Part shown: one piece after another, positions 37,083 through 50,325 of the stretch
How positions within the stretch are numbered: position 1 is the first letter of the stretch
Layout of the letters: the number at the start of each line of letters is the position of its first letter
Source of the DNA: Myxococcota bacterium
Lineage (GTDB): Bacteria; Myxococcota_A; Polyangia; Nannocystales; Nannocystaceae
Reading direction: 5' to 3'
Assembly: GCA_039194325.1 (NCBI GenBank)
Contig: JBCCWC010000006.1
Span: 1-64,000 of the forward strand
Length of the DNA: 64,000 nucleotides
Program-made: the position numbers and the translations under genes
The notes under the pieces: generated by a model
Databases searched by the model: none
What the model was told of the DNA's origin: nothing
Seen by the model: only the letters and a program-made list of their open reading frames with translations

Positions 37083-37664
37083 ATGCCCGAGCGGAACGAC
37101 GAGGAAGAAGCCTACTTCAAGGCGCTGGAGATCGAGCAGCGCCGCAAGCTCCGGGAGAAGCTCGAGTCCGCCGCCAAGGAGATGTCCGACAAGCAGGCCA
37201 TCGCCGACTCGGTCCAGACCGACGATCTGGACCTGGCCGCGCGGGTCAAGGCGCTGGGCTTCTCGGGGGACTCGGCGCGGGTCTTCGACCTGCTGCCGCT
37301 GGTCCACGTGGCCTGGGCCGACGGCTCGGTGCAAAAGAGCGAGCGGGCCGCGATCTTGCGGGTGCTGGAGACCCGCGGCGTGGCCCCCGGCTCCGAGGCA
37401 TTCTTGCTGATGGAGAGCCTGCTCGAGGAGCGCCCCAGCGACGACTACATGAACCAGAGCCTCGCCGTGCTCAAGGAGCTACTCGCCCAGGGCGACGGCG
37501 ACCGCGGCGCGCAGCTGGTCGACCTGTGCCAGCAGGTGGCCTCCTCGGCCGGCGGCTTCTTGGGCCTGGGGTCGAAGATCAGCACCGAAGAGCGCGAGAT
37601 GATCGAGAAGATCACCGGCCATCTGGGCGACGGAGCCCAGAGCTTCAAGAACTCGCTCGATTAG
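37083..37664 (+). CDS. TerB-like protein
   Basis: EEEAYF N-terminus; PLVHVAWADGSVQKSER; VASSAGGFLGLGSKISTEEREMI. Confidence 0.75.
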   Translation: MPERNDEEEAYFKALEIEQRRKLREKLESAAKEMSDKQAIADSVQTDDLDLAARVKALGFSGDSARVFDLLPLVHVAWADGSVQKSERAAILRVLETRGVAPGSEAFLLMESLLEERPSDDYMNQSLAVLKELLAQGDGDRGAQLVDLCQQVASSAGGFLGLGSKISTEEREMIEKITGHLGDGAQSFKNSLD

Positions 37665-37783
37665 TCCTCGGGCTCGAGTTCGACCTCGACGGGGACTGGG
37701 CAAGACCTCCGGCGGTCGCCCGATCCCCGAGATTCGCCGCTTTCTCGCGATCCTGGCCGTTTCGTGCTGCTGTCGCCCCCGAC

Positions 37784-39085
37784 GTGAGCGAAGCGCCCAG
37801 CGCCCCCCCTTCCGAGTCCCTCGATCCGACCCCCGACGACCCCACCGCCGGTCGGGCGTCCGTGCGAGCCCAGCCGCGGGCCCAGCCGCGAGCCCAGCCA
37901 ATGGACCCGTGGCTGTTCTTCGCCGCGCTCGCGCTCTCGGCCTTGGGCCTGGTGATGGTCTACAGCGCCGGAGCGTGGTTCGGCCACGAGGTCTTCGGCG
38001 ACTGGGAGTACTTCTTGCACCGCCAAGCGGGCTTCTTGGTCGTAGGCGTAGTGCTCATGCTCGCCTTATCGCGCATCGACTACCGGGTGCTGCGACGCTT
38101 CTCACCCCACCTGATGCTCGCCGCGCTGGCCATGCTCTTGCTGGTGCTCGTGATCGGCCAGGAGATCAACGGCGCCCGCCGCTGGATCCGCTTTGGACCG
38201 GTGGGGATCCAGCCCTCCGAGGTCGCCAAGGTCACCCTCACGATCTTCCTCGCCGCGACCCTGGCCCGTCAGGGCGAGCGAGTCCGTATGTTCAAGCGCG
38301 GGTTCATGCCGGTGATGGGGATCGCCACCTTCACCATGCTGATGGTGCTCGCCGAGAAGGACCTGGGCACCACGATCTTGCTGGGCTCGCTGACGCTCAT
38401 CATGCTCTTCGCCGCCGGCACCCGGCTGAGCTACGTGGTCGCGGCGGTGATGCTGGCCGCGCCCCTGGTGTGGCAGCAGATCGTCGGCGTGGACTACCGC
38501 CGTGGTCGGCTCGAGGAGTTCATGTCCGGCGACGGCTACCAGGTCCACCAAGCGCTGATCGCCATCGGCTCGGGAGGACCGTGGGGCCGCGGCCTGGGCC
38601 ATGGACGGCAGAAACTGGGCTTTTTGCCCGAGAACCACACCGACTTCATCCTGGCCACCATCGGCGAAGAGATGGGCCTTCTGGGCATCCTGCTGGTGCT
38701 GGGCTTGGTGGCGCTTTTGGTGTGGCGCGGGCTGGTGATCGCCCGGCAGGCCAGCGATCGCTTCGGCACCTACCTGGCCACGGGCCTCAGCGCCCTGTTC
38801 GGCCTGCAAGCGCTGGTGAACATGGCGGTGGTGCTCGAGCTCATCCCCGCCAAGGGAATCACGCTCCCGTTCCTCAGCTACGGCGGCTCCTCGCTGCTGG
38901 CCAGCCTCGGGGCCGTTGGCCTTCTGCTGAGCATCTCGCGACGACCGGCCGCGTGGCGACTGAGCGATCAGCGAGGCCGCCGGCGGGCCCGCATGCCCAA
39001 GCCCGGTACGCCCAAGTCCAATAGTCCCGAGCGTCCGCGCAACGTTCGACGACCCCGGGCCCCCGACGACGCGGACCCCACGTAG
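37784..39085 (+). CDS. ftsW: SEDS peptidoglycan polymerase FtsW
   Basis: GLVMVYSA, NGARRWI, QPSEVAK, DLGT, GYQ, LPENHTDFI, GITLPFLSYGGSS. Start uncertain (GTG 37784 or ATG 37901). Confidence 0.88.
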   Translation: MSEAPSAPPSESLDPTPDDPTAGRASVRAQPRAQPRAQPMDPWLFFAALALSALGLVMVYSAGAWFGHEVFGDWEYFLHRQAGFLVVGVVLMLALSRIDYRVLRRFSPHLMLAALAMLLLVLVIGQEINGARRWIRFGPVGIQPSEVAKVTLTIFLAATLARQGERVRMFKRGFMPVMGIATFTMLMVLAEKDLGTTILLGSLTLIMLFAAGTRLSYVVAAVMLAAPLVWQQIVGVDYRRGRLEEFMSGDGYQVHQALIAIGSGGPWGRGLGHGRQKLGFLPENHTDFILATIGEEMGLLGILLVLGLVALLVWRGLVIARQASDRFGTYLATGLSALFGLQALVNMAVVLELIPAKGITLPFLSYGGSSLLASLGAVGLLLSISRRPAAWRLSDQRGRRRARMPKPGTPKSNSPERPRNVRRPRAPDDADPT

Positions 39086-39344
39086 CCGCCGCCACGCCGA
39101 CCGCTTCGCCCTCGCGTCTGCTCCAGATCGAGCACTGGACCTCAATCAGGGCCAGTACGAGCCGTAAGGCGAAGGAATGGCGACTCGATCTGGATCGAGC
39201 GCGTTGCCCTTGGCTCGAGTGGAGGGGCAAACCACCCCATGCTCGTCGACCCGATCTGGCGGATCGGGGCATTGCGCTACGTCATCGCGTTGCTCCGCGG
39301 TTGACCAAGAAGCGAATCACGGGATTCCCCGACCCCGATAAAGA

Positions 39345-39356
39345 CCGAAATTTCGG
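39345..39356. promoter_or_regulatory. Perfect 12-bp palindrome CCGAAATTTCGG, possible binding site of the adjacent enhancer-binding protein
   Basis: About 70 bp upstream of the GAF-sigma54 activator start. Confidence 0.4.
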
Positions 39357-39427
39357 CGTTTAGCGGTACCTTTGCGTGCACATCACCCGAACACTGCTAG
39401 GCGTTTCCCGAAGGGGACCAAGAAACG

Positions 39428-41197
<1,770 letters not shown>

Positions 41198-41248
41198 GCG
41201 CTCGCGTCGCGTCGGCATCGCTCGGGTCCAGCCGAGGGTCGATCTTCG

Positions 41249-41321
41249 ACCCGAGCGAGCCATTCGAGCGATCCACTTGAGCGCCCACCCGAGCGAGCCA
41301 TTCGAGCGATCCACTTGAGCG
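41249..41321 (+). repeat. Intergenic tandem duplication, two identical 35-bp copies with a 38-bp period
   Basis: ACCCGAGCGAGCCATTCGAGCGATCCACTTGAGCG at 41249 and 41287. Confidence 0.85.
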
Positions 41322-41452
41322 ATCCACGCAACGCTGGACCGCCACGGTCTGCATAAGACCAACGTTCCGGGCATAGCTGGGGACCTTCGCGCTCCGCCGA
41401 CCGGGCCGTCTCACACAGCTGAGACGGCTCTGGGGTTCAATGGGCGTTCAGG

Positions 41453-41989
41453 ATGGCCATGAGCGCGCCCAAGTCCAGCATCGTCGATCAAGCCCTCGAC
41501 CTGGTCGACGGGGTCTACGGTCTCATCGACATCGCCTTCACCCATGATCTGGCGGTCGTCTTCACCGATGTGGGTTCCCACGAGGTGCTCAGCGATCAGA
41601 TCCACTCGCTCGTTGCGTTGACGACCGGGATCCACCAGGCGCTCCCCGAGGTGAGCACCTTGGGGCCGCTATGTGCCCTGCTGGGAACGATGGAACCCGT
41701 CGTGAACAGACTGCACGAGACCCTGCTCGACGCCGGTCACCAGCTGGGGACGCGCGCCGTGTTTGCCGTGCTTCGAAGCCGCCGCCCGCTCGAGCTGGCG
41801 TTTGCCCACCTGAGGGTGGCGGCCCGGCTCGGCGCTACGCCGCCCATCGACGCCGAGTCGCGCACCAGCCTGCGGCTGGCGGTCGAGGCCCTCCGGAGCA
41901 ACCTGGACTCGTTCACCGATCTGATGCTGGCCCTCGATCCGCTGCCCGCCGAGTACATCGACTCGCTGCCTCACCTACCCCACGAGTAA
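41453..41989 (+). CDS. Hypothetical helical protein
   Basis: ORF with plausible codon usage upstream of the DUF255 gene. Confidence 0.6.
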   Translation: MAMSAPKSSIVDQALDLVDGVYGLIDIAFTHDLAVVFTDVGSHEVLSDQIHSLVALTTGIHQALPEVSTLGPLCALLGTMEPVVNRLHETLLDAGHQLGTRAVFAVLRSRRPLELAFAHLRVAARLGATPPIDAESRTSLRLAVEALRSNLDSFTDLMLALDPLPAEYIDSLPHLPHE

Positions 41990-42042
41990 CGAAGACCCCG
42001 CGTTGCCCAGATCTCCGAGCCCCGGTACGGTCGGCTCGGATC

Positions 42043-44145
<2,103 letters not shown>

Positions 44146-44218
44146 ACCCGCGAGCCGCCTCGTGAGCCCGGGAGTGGTCAAGTGCTCGGCCGGGCGTTAC
44201 CATGATGTGCCGCCCACC

Positions 44219-44500
44219 ATGCCCTACGTCGAGTATGCCTGCGAGGGACGCCTGTTGTTTCGCACCGAGACGACCGAGGGCGCGCAGTTCGTGCCGCGTA
44301 TGCACGAGATCGTCGTCATCGACGATACCCCTTACCAGGTGGTCGACGTGGAGTACTGGGCCCGCCGCATGGGCGCCACCGACCGCCGCTTCGTGTGGCC
44401 CACCGTCTATGTGATCCCGGTACCCACCGAGGACTGGGAGCTCCGGCTGGAGCGACGCAACTCGCGAACCGATCACGGCAAGCCCCCCGTACGGTACTGA
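44219..44500 (+). CDS. Small hypothetical protein
   Basis: Beta-rich 93-aa ORF ending 2 bp before the next gene. Confidence 0.65.
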   Translation: MPYVEYACEGRLLFRTETTEGAQFVPRMHEIVVIDDTPYQVVDVEYWARRMGATDRRFVWPTVYVIPVPTEDWELRLERRNSRTDHGKPPVRY

Positions 44501-44502
44501 CG

Positions 44503-45381
44503 ATGCCTCCGCTGCTGCGGTCCAAACGCCTCGCCATGGACCTGCTGCGTCCGCTGCTACCGGAGCGCGAGTGGGACCGGGTCAGAGCCTACCCGATGAA
44601 CGACGTCGGCCTGGGGACCGACGCCTTCGGCACCCGCCGCGAATTGCTGGGCTTCGCCTATGCGCTGGGCTACTGGCTACACCGCTACTACTTCCGCGTG
44701 GTGTCGGCTGGCCATGAGCACCTCCCCCAGCAGGGCGGCGGCGTGGTTGTCGGCAACCACAGCGGCGTGCTGCCCTTCGACGGCATGATGGTCGGTGCCG
44801 ACGTGTTCCGCTACACCGAGCCCCCCCGGCTGGTGCGCTACATGGTGGACTTCTTCGTCTACCAGCTACCCTTCGTGGGTGCGTTCTTCCGCGGTATGGG
44901 CCAGATGCCGGGTACCCGCCGCAACTTCGACGGCCTGGTCCACGAGGGCCACCTGGTCGGGATCTTCCCCGAGGGATCGGCTGCGCTGGGCAAGAAGGCC
45001 GAGCACCGCTACGAGCTGCTGCCCTTCTCCCCCGGCCACGTGGAGCTGGCCGCCCGTCACCGGGTTCCCGTGCTGCCCTTTGGGTTGGTCGGAGCCGAGG
45101 AGCAGCAGACCATGATGACCGACCTGCGACCCTTGGCCCGAGCGCTGCGGCTGCCCTACTTTCCGATCACCACCACCTTCCCCTGGCTCGGCCCGTTGGG
45201 CCTGCTACCCCGGCCCTCGCGCTACTTCATCCACTACGGGTCGCCGCTGTCCATCGATCCCGACGCGCTGCGCAGCATCGAGGTGCGCAACCACGAGATC
45301 GGGCGAGTCCAGGACGCGGTGGCCGAGCTCCTCCGCCGGGGCCAGGCCACCCGCCGCCAGCACGCCGGAGGTGCATCATGA
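44503..45381 (+). CDS. Lysophospholipid/PlsC-superfamily acyltransferase
   Basis: NHSGVLPFD, IFPEG, VGAEE. Confidence 0.9.
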   Translation: MPPLLRSKRLAMDLLRPLLPEREWDRVRAYPMNDVGLGTDAFGTRRELLGFAYALGYWLHRYYFRVVSAGHEHLPQQGGGVVVGNHSGVLPFDGMMVGADVFRYTEPPRLVRYMVDFFVYQLPFVGAFFRGMGQMPGTRRNFDGLVHEGHLVGIFPEGSAALGKKAEHRYELLPFSPGHVELAARHRVPVLPFGLVGAEEQQTMMTDLRPLARALRLPYFPITTTFPWLGPLGLLPRPSRYFIHYGSPLSIDPDALRSIEVRNHEIGRVQDAVAELLRRGQATRRQHAGGAS

Positions 45382-46418
45382 GCCGGTCGGGTCGCCGCCC
45401 CCCCGTGGAGCTGGCCTCCGACGAGCACGATCCCGGAACCCCGCGGGCGGGTCGACGCCGGGTGTTCATCGCGGGAGCCCGTCGCCGGGTGGCCGTGCAC
45501 CTCATTGAGCGCCTCATCGCCAACCCCGAGGTCGAGGCGGTGCTGGGGGTGGACCGGGGCGCGTGCCCGCCCACCCTGCTGGGTTGTGATCCCGAGCGCT
45601 TCGTATTCGCCTCGGCCGATCTCAGCCGCCGCCGCCAGGTGGACAACCTCTTCTTGCTCGATCGCTTTCGGGGCCGCCCCTTCGACACGGTGCTGCACCT
45701 GGCGTTCCAGGGCAACCCACACGGCTACAACTTCAAGAGCCACGAATTCAACGTCAACGCGGCCCAGCACCTGCTGGAGGCCAGCCTGCGTCACGGGGTC
45801 GGCAAGTACGCCTTCTTGTCCAGCGATGCGGTCTATCGGCTCGGTCCGCGCAACGACTACAAGGTCCGTGAGGACGCCGAGCTCAACCTCGACCCCGGCG
45901 CTCACCCGATCTTGCGCGACACCCTCGACGCCGAGTTCATCTGCCGCGCCAAGATGGACGATCCCAACTGTGAGGTGATGGTGATCCGGCCCAGCGGGGT
46001 CTTCGGCGGCGGGGTGATCTCCGGGATCAACCTGCTGTTCGAGAGCAACCCCCCCGTACTCCCGGTGGGGTTCGACCCCATGGTCAACCCCACCACCAAG
46101 GAGCGGCTGTCCCGGGATCTGATGCTCGCGATCTTCTTGCACGGCAAGGGCGTATTCAACGTGGCCGGTAGCACGATCGGCCCGCTCAGTCGGTTCTTCG
46201 AGGAGCGGGGCATCAAGCCGATCCGAGTGCCCGGCCCAGCCCTCAAGGTCGCCAACCGCCTCATGCGGGTGCTGAACATGACCCGCTACCACGCGGGCTT
46301 CCACCCCAAGCGCCTCTACTACAGCCTGGTGCTCGACGACGGCAAATTCGAACGGATGTTCCGATCCAATGCCCACCACGTCCACGCCCTCGACCGCAGC
46401 AAGGACGGTATGGAGTAG
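45378..46418 (+). CDS. Extended/atypical SDR (NAD-dependent epimerase-like)
   Basis: Rossmann-like RVFIAGA, DTVLHLAF, FLSSDAVY, VIRPS; overlaps the upstream stop by 4 bp. Confidence 0.75.
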   Translation: MSRSGRRPPVELASDEHDPGTPRAGRRRVFIAGARRRVAVHLIERLIANPEVEAVLGVDRGACPPTLLGCDPERFVFASADLSRRRQVDNLFLLDRFRGRPFDTVLHLAFQGNPHGYNFKSHEFNVNAAQHLLEASLRHGVGKYAFLSSDAVYRLGPRNDYKVREDAELNLDPGAHPILRDTLDAEFICRAKMDDPNCEVMVIRPSGVFGGGVISGINLLFESNPPVLPVGFDPMVNPTTKERLSRDLMLAIFLHGKGVFNVAGSTIGPLSRFFEERGIKPIRVPGPALKVANRLMRVLNMTRYHAGFHPKRLYYSLVLDDGKFERMFRSNAHHVHALDRSKDGME

Positions 46419-46428
46419 AGTTGCTCGC

Positions 46429-47670
46429 ATGCGGCCCACCGAGCTCATCATCCGAAATTACCGCTCGTTTGCAGGCGAGCATCGGGTGGAGCTACGTCCG
46501 TTGACGTTGATCTTCGGGGACAACAGCGCGGGCAAGACGGCCCTGGCCCGCGCACTCCCTCTGCTGGCGGATGCCGTCTCTCCTACGTCCAAAGGACCAC
46601 TTCCCCTCGACAGCGCTGCCATGGCGGGCAGCGGCTTTGCAGACCTTCGCTTCAAGGGGTCGCTCAACGACGGAGATGGCGCCCACCTCGGGCTTGGTCT
46701 CGCCTGGGAGCAAGGAGACCAGCCGTGCTCCGCCACCTTTGAGTTTGATCGAGAATTTCGGCGGATCCAGGTCAAGCAGCTTGAGATCGAGAAGTCCGAC
46801 ACCAAACGCCTCGAGCTTCGCTGGATCCCGCATGATCGCCAGCCGGCTCTCTATGATCTAGATGGGACGACGATCGCACTCCAATTCGAGGGGCTCGTGC
46901 CAAGCCTGGCAACCGACGACGCCGTCATCGCGGCATCAATCCACGGTATCTCGCATCGGCTCTCCGCGCTACACCGGCGCGTGCAGTGGCTGGAAGCCCT
47001 GCGCTCTCCCGCACCCAAACGCAGCCCGCAACCGGCTCAACCCTTCGTACTGCTGCGACCCGATGGTCGGGACGCGTCGCAGCTCGCGTTCGCTGACGAA
47101 CAAGTGCAAAAGAGAGCCTCGGCATGGTTCGAACGTAACCTGCACCGAGAGTTAGTGCTCGCGGAGTCTCCTCCCGACGAGCTACGTACGTATCTCCGCC
47201 GCATCCACGATCCGCGTTATGACGTCGATTTAATCGATGCCGGACAGGGAGCCCTCCAAGTATTTCCTGTCCTGGTTGCGCTGGCAACGCTTCGTCGCCC
47301 TGATGGTCCGCTGGTGCTGGTCATCGAAGAGCCAGAATCTCATCTCCACGCTGAGCTGCAATACGAGCTCGCCAGGGAAATTACTGCCGCTGTTGATCCC
47401 AAACGGTCCATTATATTGGAGACGCACTCCCGCCCGTTCTTCCTGGGCATTCAACTTGAGATCATTCGAGGAACGGTCAGGCCGGAAGATGTGATCATTC
47501 ATTCAGTGCGGCAAGAGGCATCCACCGGACGGAGCAATGTGGACCGTGTGGAGCTGGACGCCGATGGAATGCCCAGCGCAAGATGGCCCGCGAGCTTTTT
47601 CTCGTCTGATGCCGTGCTCGCTCGTGAGCTCATCATGGCCCGACGTGCCAGACCGAAGAGCTCACCATGA
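46429..47670 (+). CDS. ABC-type (AAA_15/AAA_21-like) ATPase with DUF3696-like C-terminus
   Basis: IRNYRSF, GDNSAGKT, DLIDAGQGALQVFPVL, IEEPESHLH, ETHS, C-terminal LDADG...WPASFF. Confidence 0.88.
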   Translation: MRPTELIIRNYRSFAGEHRVELRPLTLIFGDNSAGKTALARALPLLADAVSPTSKGPLPLDSAAMAGSGFADLRFKGSLNDGDGAHLGLGLAWEQGDQPCSATFEFDREFRRIQVKQLEIEKSDTKRLELRWIPHDRQPALYDLDGTTIALQFEGLVPSLATDDAVIAASIHGISHRLSALHRRVQWLEALRSPAPKRSPQPAQPFVLLRPDGRDASQLAFADEQVQKRASAWFERNLHRELVLAESPPDELRTYLRRIHDPRYDVDLIDAGQGALQVFPVLVALATLRRPDGPLVLVIEEPESHLHAELQYELAREITAAVDPKRSIILETHSRPFFLGIQLEIIRGTVRPEDVIIHSVRQEASTGRSNVDRVELDADGMPSARWPASFFSSDAVLARELIMARRARPKSSP

Positions 47671-48581
47671 TCATCAACCTGTATTCTCAGGCCCTGGTCG
47701 ATGACAACGCTCAGCTCGATCTGATGGCCGTGGTATGGGCTGCGCTTCAACGAGGACACATACTGCTCACTGATCCTCCGTACTCCGGAGCCAGCGCCAG
47801 CCACCCCGTTGAACGATGGTTGGCGCCGCTGCCCGCCCCCATCGCTGAGGATGTGCGCTTGCTACTGGAAAGCCACACCGTCCAGGCCACGACCACTCCT
47901 TATCAAACCACGCTACATGTTCACGAGTCAGGCCACGAGCTCGAGCTATCCTGGCCAGATCTCCACCTTCCATGCGATCGAGCGGCCGCCTTCGCTCTTC
48001 GCCCCTTGAGTGTCTTGCTCGAAGACCGGCGCTCTGACCGTGCCTTCTTACTAGCGGTGGCGCCTCGACGCTGGCGCCAGGAGCTAGAGCGCGCGCTTCA
48101 CGACGGAGCCCTTGAGATTCTCAATGGTGGAGGCTTGGGGAACATGCTGCATCAAGTACGCGAGCACTGCGATGCCGAGACCGCGGCCCGTCTGTGGGTT
48201 TTGTTCGACAGCGACGCGGATGAGCCCGGCGCTCCTTCACGCGACTCTAATCGCTTGCAGCAGGAATGCGAGTCTCTGCGTGCTCACGGCCTGGGCCATC
48301 ACCAACTTCGCGCTCGCAGCATCGAGAACTACTTGCCCCTCGAGCTGCTCAAGACCTGGGCCAGCACGGTAGGCGACGACGCACCATCCAAGGTCGATCG
48401 CATCTCTGCGATGGGGCAACAGCGGCGTGATCACCTTCGACTCAAAGACGAACTCGGCAAAGGACTCATCGCGGACCTGTTCATCAGATATCAGTTCCAG
48501 ATCGAAGAGAGCTGGCTGCGCCGCGAAGGGCACTACGACGAGATTCGAGAAATTTGCGAATCTATCATTGCTCATATCTAG
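47667..48581 (+). CDS. TOPRIM-like putative nuclease
   Basis: VLLEDRRSDRAFL, NGGG, VLFDSD, RSIENYLP; ATGA overlap with the ATPase gene. Confidence 0.7.
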   Translation: MIINLYSQALVDDNAQLDLMAVVWAALQRGHILLTDPPYSGASASHPVERWLAPLPAPIAEDVRLLLESHTVQATTTPYQTTLHVHESGHELELSWPDLHLPCDRAAAFALRPLSVLLEDRRSDRAFLLAVAPRRWRQELERALHDGALEILNGGGLGNMLHQVREHCDAETAARLWVLFDSDADEPGAPSRDSNRLQQECESLRAHGLGHHQLRARSIENYLPLELLKTWASTVGDDAPSKVDRISAMGQQRRDHLRLKDELGKGLIADLFIRYQFQIEESWLRREGHYDEIREICESIIAHI

Positions 48582-48597
48582 GCATATGTAACAAACC

Positions 48598-50208
48598 ATG
48601 GCAAGCCCGGCATTCCTGAGTCAGCCCACAATCCAGCGGATTCCTCCTCTGCTCGAGGAAGTACGCCTACGCCAGATCGTAGTGCCCAGGTTCCAACGCC
48701 CCTTCGTTTGGAGCGACGAACAGAGATTGGAGCTAATGCGGAGCATCAACGAAGGGCTCCCCATCGGCAGCTTGATGGTCTGGCGCACCAGCACCGCCTT
48801 GGAGACCTATCGGTTCCCTGGCTCGGAGCCTGATCGCTCTGCGGGCTCCGCGGATCCGCCTGTCCGACAGTACCTCCTCGATGGGCACCAGCGCGTCACC
48901 ACGTTGTTCTTCGCACTGGCTCCTTGGGGCGACGAGTCGTCGGAAGCGAATGAAGACGAGATTGACGAGGACTACCCGACCCTCCGCGAGATCTTCTTCG
49001 ACCTACGCCGAGAGGAACTAGAGCTCGAGCGAAAAGGCGAGGCTCCGGCCTACTGGCTCCCAGTAGCGTTGCTCTTCGATCCTTACAACCTATTCGCGTT
49101 CCAGCGAAAACTCGAAGATCTGGAAGGTGCAAGAGATCTTCTGAGCCGCGCAGAGCGACTGGTCACGCGATTCAAAGACTATGCGATCCCCGTCCTGCCG
49201 ATTGCGACCGACAGTCTCGACACGGCCACGAAGAGCTTCCAGCGAATCAACAGTGCCGGCACGACCATGTCCGAGGTCCACATGGTCAATGCCTTGACCT
49301 ACGCGAAGGATCTCCGAATCATCGATCGAATTTCGCGCATCAAGGATTCCCTCGAAGATGATCGCTGGTCGAACATCGACGACCAAGTCATTCTCAACAT
49401 ATGCAAGGCGCGCCTCGGCATCGAGCTCCACACCAAGACCACCGAGCCACTCGTAGCCAGAATCACCAAGAGCCCCGAGATCTTCGATGAAGTGGAGCGC
49501 GCCCTCAGCACCGCGTGCCGCTTCCTGTCCGATGAGTGCATGATCCTCAGCCCCTATACATTACCCTATAGCTATCAAATCGTAATCATCGCCAGCGTAC
49601 TCGAAGACGTGGACGAGCAACATCTCGAGTCAGCGAAGAATGATCTATATAACTGGTTCTGGTCGACGACCTACACTGAGTACTTCGCAGGCACGAACTC
49701 CACTCGACTCCGACTGACGATGGAAAGCCTCGGCAAAGCGGTCCGTGGGGAGGCCGACCTGCTCCCGGATGATCTCGTCCGGGAAATCGACCCGCCCGGA
49801 CGCTTCGATTTTCGCTCAGCCCGCTCGCGAGCGATCGCGCTGGGCCTCGCCGACCGAGGCCCTTGCGACACCGAAGGCGAGCCTTACGATGGATATGAAT
49901 TGCTTGCGCTCCACGGTCGCTCGGCCTGCCCCAAGCTGCTGCGACGCACTGGACTTCCGCGAGCTCTCACCGAAGGGTTCGAAAACCGGTTCATCGCAGC
50001 TCCGGGAGACGCAAACGACCTGCGCAGCTACTTGCTCTCTCCAGACTGCGACCCCGACGTGGCGAAGTCCCACGGGATCGACCGGCGGGCCGCGGACCTG
50101 ATCGAGCGACAAGACTGGGAGAACTTCCTCGCTCACCGTCGAGAGACCTACCTTGCCGAGGAACAACGGTTCGCAGGAGAACTCGGCCTCGACTACAAGG
50201 GCGCCTAG
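48598..50208 (+). CDS. DUF262 (ParB/Srx-like, GmrS-like) domain protein
   Basis: VPRFQRPFVW, GLPIGSLMVW, LLDGHQRVTTL, FQRINSAGT; no intact HNH motif visible in the C-terminus. Confidence 0.9.
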   Translation: MASPAFLSQPTIQRIPPLLEEVRLRQIVVPRFQRPFVWSDEQRLELMRSINEGLPIGSLMVWRTSTALETYRFPGSEPDRSAGSADPPVRQYLLDGHQRVTTLFFALAPWGDESSEANEDEIDEDYPTLREIFFDLRREELELERKGEAPAYWLPVALLFDPYNLFAFQRKLEDLEGARDLLSRAERLVTRFKDYAIPVLPIATDSLDTATKSFQRINSAGTTMSEVHMVNALTYAKDLRIIDRISRIKDSLEDDRWSNIDDQVILNICKARLGIELHTKTTEPLVARITKSPEIFDEVERALSTACRFLSDECMILSPYTLPYSYQIVIIASVLEDVDEQHLESAKNDLYNWFWSTTYTEYFAGTNSTRLRLTMESLGKAVRGEADLLPDDLVREIDPPGRFDFRSARSRAIALGLADRGPCDTEGEPYDGYELLALHGRSACPKLLRRTGLPRALTEGFENRFIAAPGDANDLRSYLLSPDCDPDVAKSHGIDRRAADLIERQDWENFLAHRRETYLAEEQRFAGELGLDYKGA

Positions 50209-50325
50209 CACCGGAGGAATCTCGTGACTTTATTCACAAACCATGACACGCAGCCCCCCTCCGCCCGCTTGGCCAACCCACGAACAGAAGCGAGACCTCG
50301 CCGAGAACAGCCAGGGCTCCCCCGT

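Noticed and set aside
41249..41326. Possible CRISPR repeats serving the orphan Cas6
   Set aside because: Two near-abutting copies with a 3-bp gap and no spacer; a simple tandem duplication.
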